DNA of 64,000 bases from Haliotis rubra (Eukaryota), in NCBI RefSeq assembly GCF_003918875.1, contig NW_025766181.1, positions 434,001-498,000 on the forward strand. Direction: 5' to 3'. The position numbers and the translations under genes were made by a program. The notes beneath the pieces were generated by a model that was not told the DNA's origin, did no database searches, and saw only the letters and a list, made by a program, of their open reading frames with translations. Position 1 is the first letter of the stretch; each line of letters begins with the position of its first letter. This document shows positions 25,003 to 38,900 of this stretch, in pieces.

Positions 25003-28000
25003 CTAGTTGTTGCAAACGGTTCGCTTGCCACACTGGAAAAAGGGTCGGCTTGATACATCCTCTGTGCGAGACTATGCGTATTTTCTTATTGAATTTCATA
25101 CGAAGAAAACCTGAATTTAAATGTTGTCTAACAGGTGCATTTGTGCCGATCATGGATGGTAATTAAATCATGAAGTTTCTACTGAGCGGAAGTGTGACCT
25201 CGAAACAAAACGAACTACTCCTTTTAGTGCCACTAAACGTGTCCATGCCACGAGCACGTAATTTGTAAAGCGTGGCTGCGACATGTTTTGGCACGTCATT
25301 CCAGTACCAGGTTTACGCCTCGCTGTCTGTTAACGTGGTACGAGTGACAGTGGCGCTGTAGAGATTGAAGGCAACAGGTCCGTGTAAACTCCTCACATCT
25401 CGTTGCCTCTGCAAGCTCAGCGACTGAACTGTGAGAGTTCGGAGTAATTTCTAAAATGTTCAAGAGAATTTGATTGTGTCGCACAGTAATTGACAACCAC
25501 CAGTTGAATATATGCACAAATGGTTTGTTAGAGTTTTGGCGTTTACTGTGTATTAAATATGTGTGAATAATATTCACGGGGAAGTTGGAAATATAGCTGC
25601 TTCCAATACATATCTACATGTTCTCAATTTTTTATTTGTTTTTTATGTCGTTGAGTTTTGTGGAAAATCTAACATTTATCTCGCTTCCGTTTAAGGCACT
25701 TTATACCAAAAATCTTTATTGATGTAAAATCAGGTATTGCCAAATAGTCACTACGGATGTTTCATATTGTCTGTGGCGATTTCTTCATCTAACAGGATAA
25801 GGCATATTAATTATTTGTCAAAACAAAGTTAGTCTTGCATGATCTGCACTGTCATATTGGGTCTATCTTAATTTAATCATACTCTGCAACCAACTCGGTG
25901 TTTTGGGGGCTTCGAATACTTGAATTACGTCACTGAAGCTCTTGCCAGAACATACACACCTCAACTGCTGAATTGGCCCAATGGTTCGCACAATAATAGT
26001 TACAATCTGTTTTCTATTGCCATGAAATTTTGCTTTATTTAAGTAGTTTTTGTACACAATGTATGCAGATGTTCACCTTTGATATGCAACACATGTAGTA
26101 CTAGAAGAACACGAAACACAAACAAAAATATGTTTTCACTTTTTATGTTTCAAACACACATGGTAATGTCGTCGGCGTTTTCATGTTACTGTTATTAGTT
26201 TTTCTGTGCAGATTGTTTGAGTCGCGTTTCCAGACAGTAGGACGGTACATGTTTCACCTTTTCCGTGAACACCCGATGTCAGGCCTGCCTTTCAGTGATC
26301 CACACAGATACTCTTCGTCTATGTTTTGCCGTTTGCGCCAAGGGGTTCTAAGTCTGAGTCTTGTATCGTCGGGACTTGCTCTCTTGACGTGGTATACATG
26401 TATATTGTTTATATGTGTTTGTATTTATGCCTGGAACTGACTCAGTGACTCATGGGGACGTCCTCTAACTATCTTCCCTTTCCGGCTGGGTAGTTCGAAT
26501 AAAACACCCATAGTTTAACAAAATACCCCTTTCAGAAAACGCCTCTTGCAGATGCAAAAATGATCATTTTACATCATGTTTTAAAAGTACGACCAACAAC
26601 ACCTGTCTGTCAACATGTCCGCTTCCTGTGATTAATAATGCTAAAAATAGCTTGCACTGCTTCACTAATTCTTCACGATCTTACAGATTACTAAAACAGA
26701 CATCTATCCCTACAGCTGTTCGTTGGAACTTGAAGCCTAGAAGCAGTTGTTAACTTTTTCAGCTATTGTTCTTCCCTTAGATTGCTCATGGCAGATGTAT
26801 AGGGATTATTCTTTTTGCATTTGCAGCATGTTTTTGTTCTGTTCTGATTGATAAGGGGTGTCCAAATATCCTTTCGTCATGGTTACTTTACTTTGCTGTC
26901 ACAAAGCTTACGGAAAGCAGACATTTGCTGCTAGATTTACAATGAACCAAGACAAAAACCTGTTATATGGTTATCAGAAATTCGATGATTGATAGGTATG
27001 TCTTTGTTCCGTTTTGCAAAGCATTGTGTGCACGTTGTCCTGGCTGTCTGATTAATTCATGTGTTTAGACTTTTCGTGTTCCACAAAGTCAACACATTAA
27101 GAGTGGATAGAGGGGGGGGGGGGGGATGAATATCGGTTTTGTACGCCGCGTTTAGCAATATTCATCAACGTCACGGCGAGGAACACCAAAATGGGCTTAT
27201 TCCGAACCCGAACCCTCGTCTTCAGCGTGCCGAGTGAACAGTGTATGCGCCAGGCTATCCCTATAGACACCAAGAAAAGCATGTACACACGATGTAATGG
27301 TTTGATGAAATTCAGGGATTTACCCCTTTTCTAAAAGCCTTACAGTTAATCAAATTGCAGCATACATTCAGCCAACTATCAAATACCAGAATTGTACCCC
27401 GAGCTGGGAGGTTGTTGTTGCGCCTTTGACAGCTTTCAGTCATTTCTAAAACCGCAAAGAAAGCTACGTACGTCGGTATATATAAAACCATTGTTTGAAC
27501 TAAGCTGTCAGACCAAAGAAGATGGTACAACGAATGAGACAGGGAGTTACCAATCACTATTTTACTTCAGGCAACATACTATCTTGACATAAATCGGGTG
27601 AAATGCGATGTGTCAGCGGCGAAACAAAGTGGCAACAGGGATGAAACAGATAAGGAAGGGCACCCACACCTTTACTGGACAGCTACCCTGAAACAAAGTA
27701 CAGTGGCGTTAACAATATGGAAGTTCATTTTTCCATCTCCAGTAAACGTGTACAATCTATCTGTTTGTTGTCAATATACCTATAATTTTGTTGCCAATAT
27801 TTCTAAATAATATAACACGTTCCAGAAAATACTGGAAAATAATTAGCAATGTTTTGTATACCTAAATGGGCGGGTTCGATGTTGTGATAAAAACTGTATA
27901 GAGAAATAGAATATTGTTTAGCTTTTCCTTTCAGAAAAAAATTCATGTAATTTGCCTCCTAAATAGTTCTTGTGTTGGTGATCCGCCACATGAGCATGTC

Positions 28001-28300
28001 CTGAGATATGCTGGTTATTAGTTAAGGATTAGATTGAGTTCTTTCATTTTCAGCACTCATTCGGGTGCCATCTGTTTATGTCAGGTTAAACTTGCTCAGA
28101 GGAAAGCAACATGTGATATTTCGAAACAAATTTAATATTTATATAAAAGCGACAAAAACATAATTATCTATTATCTGAAGAACCTTTACCACAAGTCATG
28201 ATTATACTATTAAAATATTAGTATAAAACATTCCAATAGTTAATGAAACAGTCACTTCCATAAATGCTCCAAATATTTATCAAAGTCCTTTATTCTCATT

Positions 28301-28469
28301 GAGTGAGTGAGTGAGTATGGTTTTACGCCGCTTGTAGCAACATCAAAGCATTATCACGGTGGGGGACACCAGGAATGGGCTTCATACATTGTACTCATGT
28401 GGGGAATCGAACCCGGGTCTTTGGCGTGGTGAGCGGCCGCGTTAAACAGCAGGCTACCTCACCCCCACT
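28301..28469 (-). mobile_element. SINE family A with TSD
   Basis: TSD TATTCTCATTG; (GAGT)n tail. Confidence 0.9.
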
Positions 28470-28561
28470 ATTCTCATTGCAGTACCATCTGGTCATTGTA
28501 ATATCAAATCGTTTTATTTGACTCACCTTTCTTTCTTCACATAAAAGACATGGAAGGTCCT

Positions 28562-30012
28562 TCATCTCGATGAAAGTGAGGTCGATGGGAAATATTCCGC
28601 ATAACCAGATGAATGTTCGGAATGTGACAGAAATTGCTGGCCGTCGTGTGGAGACATCTGTCTGTCTTTTGAAACACCGAAATTGAATTCCATGTGGTCT
28701 GTATTAACCATATTTTGTGACGTTTCCGGTCCGTCCCCAGAATCACCTTGGTCACTGTCCACGTAACGAGGAACCGGTTCATAGAATTCAGGTGCCTCCG
28801 TGATCTTTTGATGTGCATCTGTGGAGTCTGTTTGCCCGCTCAAACTGTCACTGTCCAAGCCTCTATTAAAACCAGGAGCACCTGTATTGCTTCCCGCAGA
28901 TGTTGCCACTGCTGCCACCCCTTCACCTGCTCTATTGCTTGACTGGACTTCAGAAAAAGCTGAATGCAGACCGTTGAGGGTTGTGAATGATGGTATTTCA
29001 TTAGCAACTGACGTCAACAAGGAAGTCGATTTAGGGTCAACTTCGGTGCTTGTTAGAGGCCTACCCAAAAGCGTGTCTCCTACATGCGTGTCCGTAAGTT
29101 GCTGGGAAGTGTATGCATCAGTTGGACTAGAGATAGGTGGCAGTGAATTGGTTGTTCCACTTGACGGTTGATTCTGATTCCACTGAGCTCCACCAACGCC
29201 GTGTTGGGAGTTGAAAGACGTGGTAGTTGTTCCTGCTGAGCTACTCTGATGAGATGTTCCAGAAGGAGATCCACCTGTATTGACAGTCATCTGTATCCCT
29301 GATGTTTTGGTAGCGTCGCCATGACCTGTTTGTGTCCCCGCTTGGTGGTCACTCGTCCCTTGCGGCAACATCTGTATCCCAGGAAGTGTCATAGTTTGCC
29401 TTTGGTGAGAATGCCCTTGAAGGGACAGTTGTGACTTAGTATGGCCAGTACCGCTCATACTTATAAAACCAGCCTCACCAGGAGACAAATGCGAGGCAGT
29501 GATCTGTACTAAATTTACGAGTGGATCTGCAATACTTTCCGAAATCACTGCTTTTGTTGAGCGTCCTGTACGTAGCGTTCCCTCTTGGTTCTTCAAAGAA
29601 TGTTGTTGTTTGTTTTGGCCCTGTACTCCCATTGCAACATCAAACAGCACGTTGTTTGAGCTATGAAGAGGTTCTGTAGCCATATTCGGCATTATAATAT
29701 CATTGACAGAACCCACAGAGGCCCTGTATGCTTGTGCGTTTTCTTGACTTGACAGCTTAGATTCTGCTGTAGGTGGGTTCTGCATGTCGATGTTAACTGC
29801 AGATAACGATTGTCCGTATGGCACAGATCCAGATGATGCTACAGTGTCAGGAGGAAGCTGATTGGACTGGGATTGGGTCACGGTTTTCATGACATTAACC
29901 GTTGTGGTTGCAGTGCCTGAGGTTGAACCTTGGGATGAGGCACTACTAGAGGGAGATGTATATGGAACAGGACTGTCCAAAGCTTGCGACATCTCATTCT
30001 GCAAATATGTAT
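28562..30012 (-). CDS. Giant secreted repetitive protein, last coding exon (~482 aa, S/T/Q/G-rich, no Cys, no TM segment)
   Basis: Acceptor ttaatttatttcag, phase 1, in frame with ORF 28562..30004; TGA at 28564-28562. Confidence 0.8.
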
Positions 30013-30238
30013 CTGAAATAAATTAAAATAATCATATTACGGCTAACGTTTAATATGATCTCTGCATATATATCGTAATGCTTCTTTAAAATGAGACAGT
30101 CATTTCTAGCCTTTTTCCATTAGGTTGAATGGTGATGAAAGGCAATGACCTTGGGGTGTCAGCATGATGTTGGGTAAAAGTGTAAAGATATTTAGACTGA
30201 AGATGGTTAAACTCTCAGTGACCTACGTGTATATCACA

Positions 30239-30378
30239 GTGAGTGAGTGAGTTGGTTTTTGCGCCGTTATTAAGCAATATTCCAGCAACATCACGGCGGG
30301 GGACACCAGAAATGGGTTTCACACATTGTACCCAGGTGGGGAATCGAACTCGGGCCTTCGGAGTGACAAGCGAACGTA
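30239..30378 (-). mobile_element. SINE family A, 5'-truncated
   Basis: Family A body and tail. Confidence 0.85.
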
Positions 30379-31348
30379 TCAGAGACGTATGTAGACATGT
30401 ATGGAACTATCCCAGAACTGCTGAGTTTTCTCCTCTTTTCTTGCAATGCAACCAACCGTGCCAAATGTGGTCCACTGCAATCGGAGATGCACGTTTGTGT
30501 TACGAAGCCAATCATCTCTACAGATTTTCTGAATGTGTCAAGCCTATTGTGAATGCGTATAAAGATCCTCTCATTGACGGTAGCATGCAAAATACGTGTT
30601 TCTATCCCAGAAGTATTCTTTAAAATATTTTAGTCAGATTAGTCCTTTTAGTATGCATATGAAATTTGGAAGATCTGAGAGTATGGCAAAAATCTATTTA
30701 CTGGCTTCTGCAAACACTGACGATCTCGTTTAAGGCGAATATGGCTCATAACCATCGTAAATAAACTAACAATAGTAAAATAGATTTGGGTACGGTTGTG
30801 AAGTAATATTAATGTAGGGTATAAGAACGGGGCTTCACAAATATGATACCTACGATGTTCTTACGGTGTTGGTGTTGTTCGGCATTCGCAGACGGATGGT
30901 AATGAGATATGGTTTATTAAGTATGCTGTATCAACATTTAATACCTACAATTTACAATTAACAATAGTTCAAGGTATAACGTTCCCAGAGCATACCACAT
31001 GTATTTTGATAACCAGAAAAGTGTTGTCGTTTTCGCAAATAGTGAATTGGAGTATCAAATTAGTCTTCTTAAGGCTTGAGAACTGCTTTGTCGGTGGATA
31101 AATAATTTAAACGTAGGTGGCAAAATATATTTACATATACGGGGCATAGAAACTAAGAACCATTTTTTCTTGTATATGCAACTTTTGATGCTATAAGAAT
31201 GAAATAGCTACCAAAGACATGTATCACTCACTAATGAATGCTATCATGCATACAGTTTATAAAACAACAAAATTGAACCAAACTATCAAACAACGATGTA
31301 CAAATATAATCATTATGCTTGTACAAATACCATGGTTGTATGAAGAAA

Positions 31349-31472
31349 GGTGAGTGAGCGAGTGTAGTTTTACACCGTTTTTAGCAATATTCCAGAACTA
31401 TCACACCAGAAATGCTTCACACATTATATCCATGTTGGGAATCGAACCCGGGTCAAGGCGTGACAAGCGAAA
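31349..31472 (-). mobile_element. SINE family A, degenerate
   Basis: Family A tail and B box. Confidence 0.7.
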
Positions 31473-31740
31473 CAAAAATCAATAAAGTATTGATTGTGTA
31501 GGACCATGAAGCAGCAGTAAGATATCGATCCTTCGTGATTAGTTAATCAAATACACGCATCCTTTGCAAATGTATACGCAATTCACTTCCAAAAAACATT
31601 GCCTGCATTCCTATTATAAAGATAATGATCTTATGAAAACATTGTACGCGATCTAAGGTGATACTAACCTAAGTTGTTAAAACCTTGTGTAGATAAGAAC
31701 TGCATCACATCATTTGAAATGGGTCCATATTCCGTCGTAC

Positions 31741-31755
31741 CTGAGTAACCTCCGC
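31741..31755 (-). CDS. Candidate 15-nt micro-exon of the giant gene (GGGYS)
   Basis: atgcatttcag|GCGGAGGTTACTCAG|gtacga; symmetric phase 1-1. Confidence 0.4.
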
Positions 31756-31920
31756 CTGAAATGCATTTATGAATATTACAATTATACCGAGTGGCCAATG
31801 GTCAAATGAGGGACAATATGATGATGAAATGTCAACCTAGATCGGTCTCACTGAATACACGTTGGCATATTCAGACAGTCATTAGTCATGCTTTACTAAA
31901 TATGTTTTTCATTAAGCACA

Positions 31921-32085
31921 GTCAGTGAGTGGGTTTAGTTTTTCGCCGCTTTTGGCAATATTTCAGCAATATCGCGGCGGGGGACACCAGAAATTGGCTT
32001 CCCAGATTGTACATATGTGGGAATCGAACCCGATTGTTCAGCGTGACGAGCAAACGCTTTAACCACTAGGCTACCCCACTGCCCC
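31921..32085 (-). mobile_element. SINE family A
   Basis: Head, B box and tail. Confidence 0.88.
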
Positions 32086-32612
32086 GATGTTACTCTGGGT
32101 ACATAGGGGGTTAAAACAAGAAACACCCACTGTATATATGTGTGCATTTAGACCAGTAAAAAGAGCACCAGCTGTATGTATATTGCATTAACAAGGATCT
32201 TATGTCACCAAACGTAGGAGCATGTGTATCTGCACAGGTTGTGACCATACTGAACGACACAACATCCAATTCGTCATTTCTCGACTTGTGAGAATAACTA
32301 CACAGCTTGAATAGTACTCCATTCGTGGCCACACTGGTACCACTGTGTAAAACCCAACCATAGGGTTTATATTTTGAATGTGTTTTTCAAATCAAAATGT
32401 TCACTAAAGCCTGGTATACTGTCCTATGAAACTAGTCCACTTGGCGAGATCATGTCAGGGCTAATCCGACACAAAACGATTCGCAGTGCTTTATACTTCC
32501 AGATAAACATGTATAATTGTTCCAAGGAGCCGTCTTGGGTATTGTCAACACAACTATTTGTATTTTCAGTTTGGTTACTGTGTATCTAATTCCGATTGCA
32601 GGTTGCCAATAC

Positions 32613-32645
32613 CTTGTCCGTTCACAGCCGTATAGTCGAACAGAC
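32613..32645 (-). CDS. Candidate 33-nt micro-exon of the giant gene (GLFDYTAVNGQ)
   Basis: ctttgttcctatttccag acceptor, AAG|GTATTG donor, symmetric phase 1-1, open frame. Confidence 0.6.
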
Positions 32646-32996
32646 CTGGAAATAGGAACAAAGAATGCTAAGTTACACTCAAGCATCAGAACGTATATGT
32701 AAATAGTCTGAGGGTGACATGTGTTACACGTTCAGTGAAACATATGCGTGATATATAACATGGGCTCTCTATGACTTTTTAATAACATCAAATCTCCCAC
32801 GTCGTCCTTGCGGTCGGCATGTTTAATATCTTGCCTTCACAAATATTTCAATATTTCACTGGGAAAACATCGTAATAATTCTAAACGTTTGAAAGAGACA
32901 AGGAATCTTTTGATGGTATTTGTCGCACTGAAAACAAAATATATGTTTACATACCTTAAGGATGATGCCAGCACCATACTTTATGAAGGTACAAAC

Positions 32997-35900
32997 CTGG
33001 TAAGGTTGGGGTGTGACCCCCTCTACTAGGAGTGGGAGGGATAATCGAGGGATGGGAAGGAGGAGATGCAGGGGAAGAGGCATCAGTGCTTGTAGAAAAT
33101 TGTCGGTCTGTTCCTGTGTGTGCTCCGCCTTGTTTGCTCTTTTCACCACCCCCATTTAACCTCCAATTTTGTTTTTGACTTCCCCCCATACCCTTCATGA
33201 TCCCAGACAACGGTTGCATTTCATGCAATGTCTTATGACCTGTGAATCCTTGATGTTTTGAACTTGAAATACCATTTTCTGAATGTGCTCCCATCTCAGT
33301 ACTAACTGCTGCGCGATGCAGTTCAGGTGTGCCTACCTCAGCATTGTGACCAGCTCTATTGTTAGATGATACTCTATTGGCAGGGATTCTTCTCTGGTTC
33401 CCAAATTCGTTTGCATATGTCTTGAAAGGGTCTGTAGGACTCAACCCAGACGCACGTGTCCTCCTATTATTTGAAAAAATAGCTTTCACCTCAACCTCAC
33501 TCTCATTCAGTTCTTTAGATGTCTCGCTAGGTTCTTGTGGTACAGGGTTTACAGAATTGTAACCGGAATCTCGTGTGCTGAAAATGTACATGTGAGGAGC
33601 ACGTTGTGTATCAGAACTTCCATCAGACTCTGTACGTAAAGCAATTGTGTCAAGAGACATTTGTCCGATTGGAGTAGGCGCTACTTTCCTTGCTAAATAC
33701 GCTTTAAGCAGCGAATGACTTATATGCATATCAATACAAGTTTCCGTTTTGTTGCATTTTGAATCCGAACTGGTACCAAACCCGTTGTTTTCCTGTTGGA
33801 AGCTGCTTTGGCTTTTTGTCTGTGGTTTGGACTGTTTTTCACCATGGAGGACAGATGCTTCACCACGAGAAGCTCCAGTAGTGGATATTTCTATTTCAAC
33901 CTTGGGTGCTCCATACCTTTGTACGTAGTGCTGTATTTTGTTGTCTTGCACTATGGCATCTCCATTCGTACTCAAGGGCTTGTTCACTGTATTCACATGA
34001 TGTCTATGGGACTTGGACTCTTGACTGGAAGCTTCTTTATTGGGTGAGTGTTGGAGGATATTGATGGAATCAGCTACGGTGTGAGGGACAACGGGGTGGT
34101 TAATGTTATTCTCTGATAATGGAACTGACTGTCCCTCTACAGGTTTGGGAGTGTACTTGTAGGATTCTGTGGGAGTGAAAGCATATCCTTTCTGAGATGA
34201 TTGTTCTTGTAACATGTGCGCTGAGTGGTGTCTTGTATGAAATAATGTTTCCAGTTTAGAATGTATTTTATCTGTGCCTGTTGGTGTTTCCTTATTAGTC
34301 ATATTTGTTTTCAAGGTTGCATTTATTTTCTGTTTATCGATACAGTTTGGAGTGTGACATTTAGATAAAGATGGAGAAATCTTGCTGAATATCTGTGTAG
34401 ATACTTTATTCTTTCCCTGATTGATTCTACTGCTATTGCTAGTTGACTGTGAATATATATTGGTTATACTCTCTGCTGGAGTAACGGTACGTCCATATGA
34501 AGAAAGTACACTTTTTGAAACGGTTTCAGAATTGCTATTTGTAGGTAATGGCTGTCCGTCTAAGTGTAGAGCGGCGCTGGGCGATGTATTATGTGTCGAA
34601 AGGGAATTTCGTGTTGTGGCACTGATCATTTTAGCTGTGCATGTTTTCGTGGTGCAGTTTGCTGAAGTAACTGACTGTGTTGGAACACTGACATTGCGTT
34701 CAGCATCAAGCTGATATACTGCAGTATTTGGTTTGTTAAGGGTCTGTGTATGATGTGATTGTTTTCCGCTTTGCACCTTTCTGTGATTGTGAATGTCTTG
34801 CATTGTTGTATTAGCATCTTTACCTTCAGAAACAGTGTTTGACTGATCCAACCCTGACGTTTGTTGAACAGTGTTACTTGCTGACGCAACTGTTTGGATG
34901 AAAACAGTGTTAACATGGGGATGTGTTTCACCATAGGATGTAGCTGTTCCCGTCGATTTTAGCTTCCCTGTGGCCTTCGGTGAAGCATTGCTGTCTAAAT
35001 ATGCCTGAACCTTGGCATCACTTATATGCTTATCTATGCAGGTTACTGGAGAGCATTTAGTGTTAGGAAGTTGACCTGATCGTGTTAGATGTTTCTCAAG
35101 AGTTACACCGCCTAATGCACCACCATCACCATCTAAAGACTTGACGTTCAAGGGAACAGGAGTAGCACTGGGCCCATTTTGACCTGCTATAGTGCTGTAA
35201 AAAGATGAAGCAAAACCTGGCAGAATACGATTTGGGGTATTGCTTGTACCCTCGAGATGGCTCAAAGGCTCTTTCACAGAGGTTGTTGTCTTGTCTTGCT
35301 TTCCAATTGCAGAATGTTGTGCAGATAGACTGTGAGCATCAGTAGATTCAAATGTTAGTCTTTCAGGGATGATTGGGTTGTCTCTAGTTTGTGCGTTAAC
35401 AATTTCGGGTAAGGAGGGACTGGCTGTTTCAGTGTGTGGGGTTGGATTTCCTGGCTTATTAGAGACACGTTGAATGTTTGTTGCCGTGTATGTATGATGT
35501 GCTAGAAAACTGGACGACTTTGTGGTCGAATGCGAATTGGCAGATACAGTGTTTTGTGACTCGAATGTTGTCTGAGAGCCACTGTTTCTATGTGTACCGG
35601 TAGTTCCTGTGTTTGTGGATGCGTATGTAGAGTCAGCTGGGATATTTGCAAAACTTATGTGTGAATGTGTTCTCGTATTTCCAGTGTTTCCCAGTGCATG
35701 CCTGTGTTGGATGGTATACCAGTAGTTCCAGTGTTTCCCAGTGCACGTGTGGAATGTTCTAGGATAGTAGACGAGCCTGAGTTGGATGGTATACCAGTAG
35801 TTCCAGTGTTTCCCAGTGCATGTGTGGAATGTTCTAGGATAGTAGACGAGCCTGAGTTGGATGGTATACCAGTAGTTCCAGTGTTTCCATGTGTGGAATG

Positions 35901-38900
35901 TTCAGTGCACGTTGTGGAATGTTCCAGTGTTTCCCAGTGCACGTGTGGAATGTTCTAGGATAGTAGACGAGCCTGAGTTTGATGGTATACCAACAGTTCC
36001 AGTGTTTCTCAGTGCATGTGTGGAATGTTCTAGGGTAGTAGACGAGCCTGATTTGGAAGGGATACCAGCAGTTCCATTGTTTGCCCGTGCATGTGTGGAA
36101 TGTTCTAGGGTAGTAGACGAGCCTGATTTGGAAGGGATACCAGCAGTTCCAGTGTTTCCCAGTGCAAGTGTGGAATGTTCTAGAGTAGTAGACGAGCCTG
36201 AGTTGGAAGGGATACCAGCAGTTCCATTGTTTGCCCGTCCATGTGTGGAATGTTCTAGGGTAGTAGACGAGCCTGAGTTGGAAGGTATACCAGCAGTTCC
36301 AGTGTTTCGTGGCACTGATAGAGAATTAGTTGGGATATTCGAGGAGCGTGTGCTACTAGTTGCAGTGTTTGTGGATGGATGTGGAGAATTTGTTGGAACG
36401 TTACTGCCTGTGTTTAAATCTTTATATCCATTGTTTGTTAAGGGGTGTATAGGATGTGAAGGAATATTAGGTCCGGTAATTGATGAAACCGTAGTTCCAG
36501 CGTTTGTAGACGGATCTGCAGGATTTGTTGTAATGTTTGTAGGCCCTGTGTTTAAATGTTTGCTAGCAGTTTCTTCGGTTTTCAGTGGATCGGTAGAGTG
36601 GGTTAGTATATTAGTAGACACTGTGCCGAAATGTCCACCCGCAGTGTTATTGTCTATTGGTGGGAATGTAGGATGTTTAGGAGCATTAGAAGAACCAGTG
36701 TTTGAATATGTGCTAGCTGTTACAACCTTTATAGACGGATCCCCTGTATATGTTTTTGATTGTTCAATACCATTTTCAGTGTTTGGTGGTGGGTTTGTAG
36801 AATGAGATTGAATGTAAGAAACAGTATTTGAATGTATACCAGAAGTTCCAATGTGTCTTGAAGGGAATGTAAGATGTGTTGGAACATTCGAAGAACCAGT
36901 GTTTGAATATGTGCTAGCTGTTACAACCTTTATAGACGGATCCCCTGTATGTGTTTTTGATTGTTCAATACCATTTTCAGTGTTTGGTGGTGGGTTTGTA
37001 GAATGAGATTGAATGTAAGAAACAGTATTTGAATGTATACCAGAAGTTCCAATGTGTCTTGAAGGGAATGTAAGATGTGTTGGAACATTCGAAGAACCAG
37101 TGTTTGAATATGTGCTAGCTGTTACAACCTTTATAGACGGATCCCCTGTATGTGTTTTTGATTGTTCAATACCATTTTCAGTGTTTGGTGGTGGGTTTGT
37201 AGAATGAGATTGAATGTAAGAAACAGTATTTGAATGTATACCAGAAGTTCCAATGTGTCTTGAAGGGAATGTAAGATGTGTTGGAACATTCGAAGATCTC
37301 TTGTTTGAATTTGCAACTTTGCTGTTTGTTGGCGGGTTTGTTGAGCTTATAAGAATGTTCGAAGATACTGTATTAGAATGTGCACTGGCACTTTCAGTAT
37401 ATGTATCAAAAGTATGTGTTGGAAAATCAAACAAAATAGTGTTCGATCGTGTGGTAGCCGTTCTAGCGTTTGTGGGCGGATTTGTAGAATGTGTTTGAGA
37501 ACTGGAAAATACTGTGTTTGAATGTATACTGGCAGTTGCAATATTCCCGGATGTGTCTGACGGATATGTTGGAATGTTAGAAGAACCTGTGTTGGTTGAC
37601 TGATATAAAGTATGTGTTGAAACACTGGAAGAGCGACCGCTTGAATGCGTGCTAGTGTCTGTTGTCCCGAGCGTTTCAATTACTTGACTATTTGTCGAAC
37701 TTTGGCTGGAATGTATACTAGAAGTGGAAGAATCCATGTTTGAAAGTGTACTATCAGTTCCAGTGTTTATGGACGGGTCTGTAAGTGCTACAGTTTTTGT
37801 CGAAACAAAGTTCGAATGAGGGTTATCTGGACCACTGTTTGTTGGTGGATATGTTGGAAAATTAGGAGCATCTTTGTTGAAATGTTCTCTATCAACCTGA
37901 GGATTAGTTGGGTGACTAGGATTGTGCGGACTGTTAGCAGAACTTTCAATTGAATGTACACTAGCACTACCAGTGTTTGTAGTCCGGTGTGTAGTGTGAA
38001 TATTAGGAGGACCAGATTTACTTGATAACGAATTGATTGTATGCAAGGATTTTGTGTCGCTGTTCACTGAACTCATTGATGAAGAGACCTCATTTACATT
38101 TAAAGTGGATATTTCATTCGTAATAAAGTCGGTTTTGTTGTTTGTAGGTAAGGATGGTACTGCGTCTAGTTGCATATTCCCTATTGTCTTAGGCGAAGCA
38201 TTGCTTGTCAGATATGCATATAGTTTTCCTTGATTAATTGTTTTGTCGATGCAGATTTCTGTCACACATTTCGAAGCTTTAAGTGTTTGATTAGAATTTT
38301 GTTTTGTTTGATTGGAATGGTGTTCCTGCAGGACATTGTTTGAGGTATTACCGCTTGTGTCTTCCGGTGATTGAGAATAATTGGTGTCCTGGATAAGTCC
38401 AGATTGTGTCTGATTATGGAATATTTTGTGGCTGGAACTGTCTGATGCAACTGATAGCCCATGTGTTCGGTTTTGTGGTTCACTTTTTGTCAAGTTTGCC
38501 TTGAATTTGTCTCCAGTGATATGGTTGTCTGTTGTGGGATTTGTAGTATCAGGTCCGGATTTTGGTGGAGCGGAAGTATGTTGTGCAAATATTTGTAAAG
38601 TAACTGTAGAAGTATGTCTACCAGACAGCTGTGTGTTCAGTGGCGTGTCAGTGTCGTGTGTCCAAGATTGAGAAGAATCCTGGTGGGTGCTTGCTGGTTG
38701 ACTATTCATTGGTTTGAATACTGGCGTTGTTGGAATATGTTCAGAGGAAAGATCATAAGTGCTTGTTTCTAATGGCTCATATGCTGGATTTGTTGGCATG
38801 ATGGAAGAAACAGTGTTTGGATCTGAAATGGCAGTTTCAGTGTTTGTTGGTGCAAATGTAGGATGTGGGGACATATTATAAGAAGTTGCTTTGGAATGTG

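Noticed and set aside
30410-30520. VTQTCISDC resembling the Cys module
   Set aside because: No first Cys, no YL/SPKA part and no convincing splice sites
35891-36805. 304-aa plus-strand ORF and other plus-strand ORFs over the giant exon
   Set aside because: Antisense shadows of the repetitive minus-strand coding sequence
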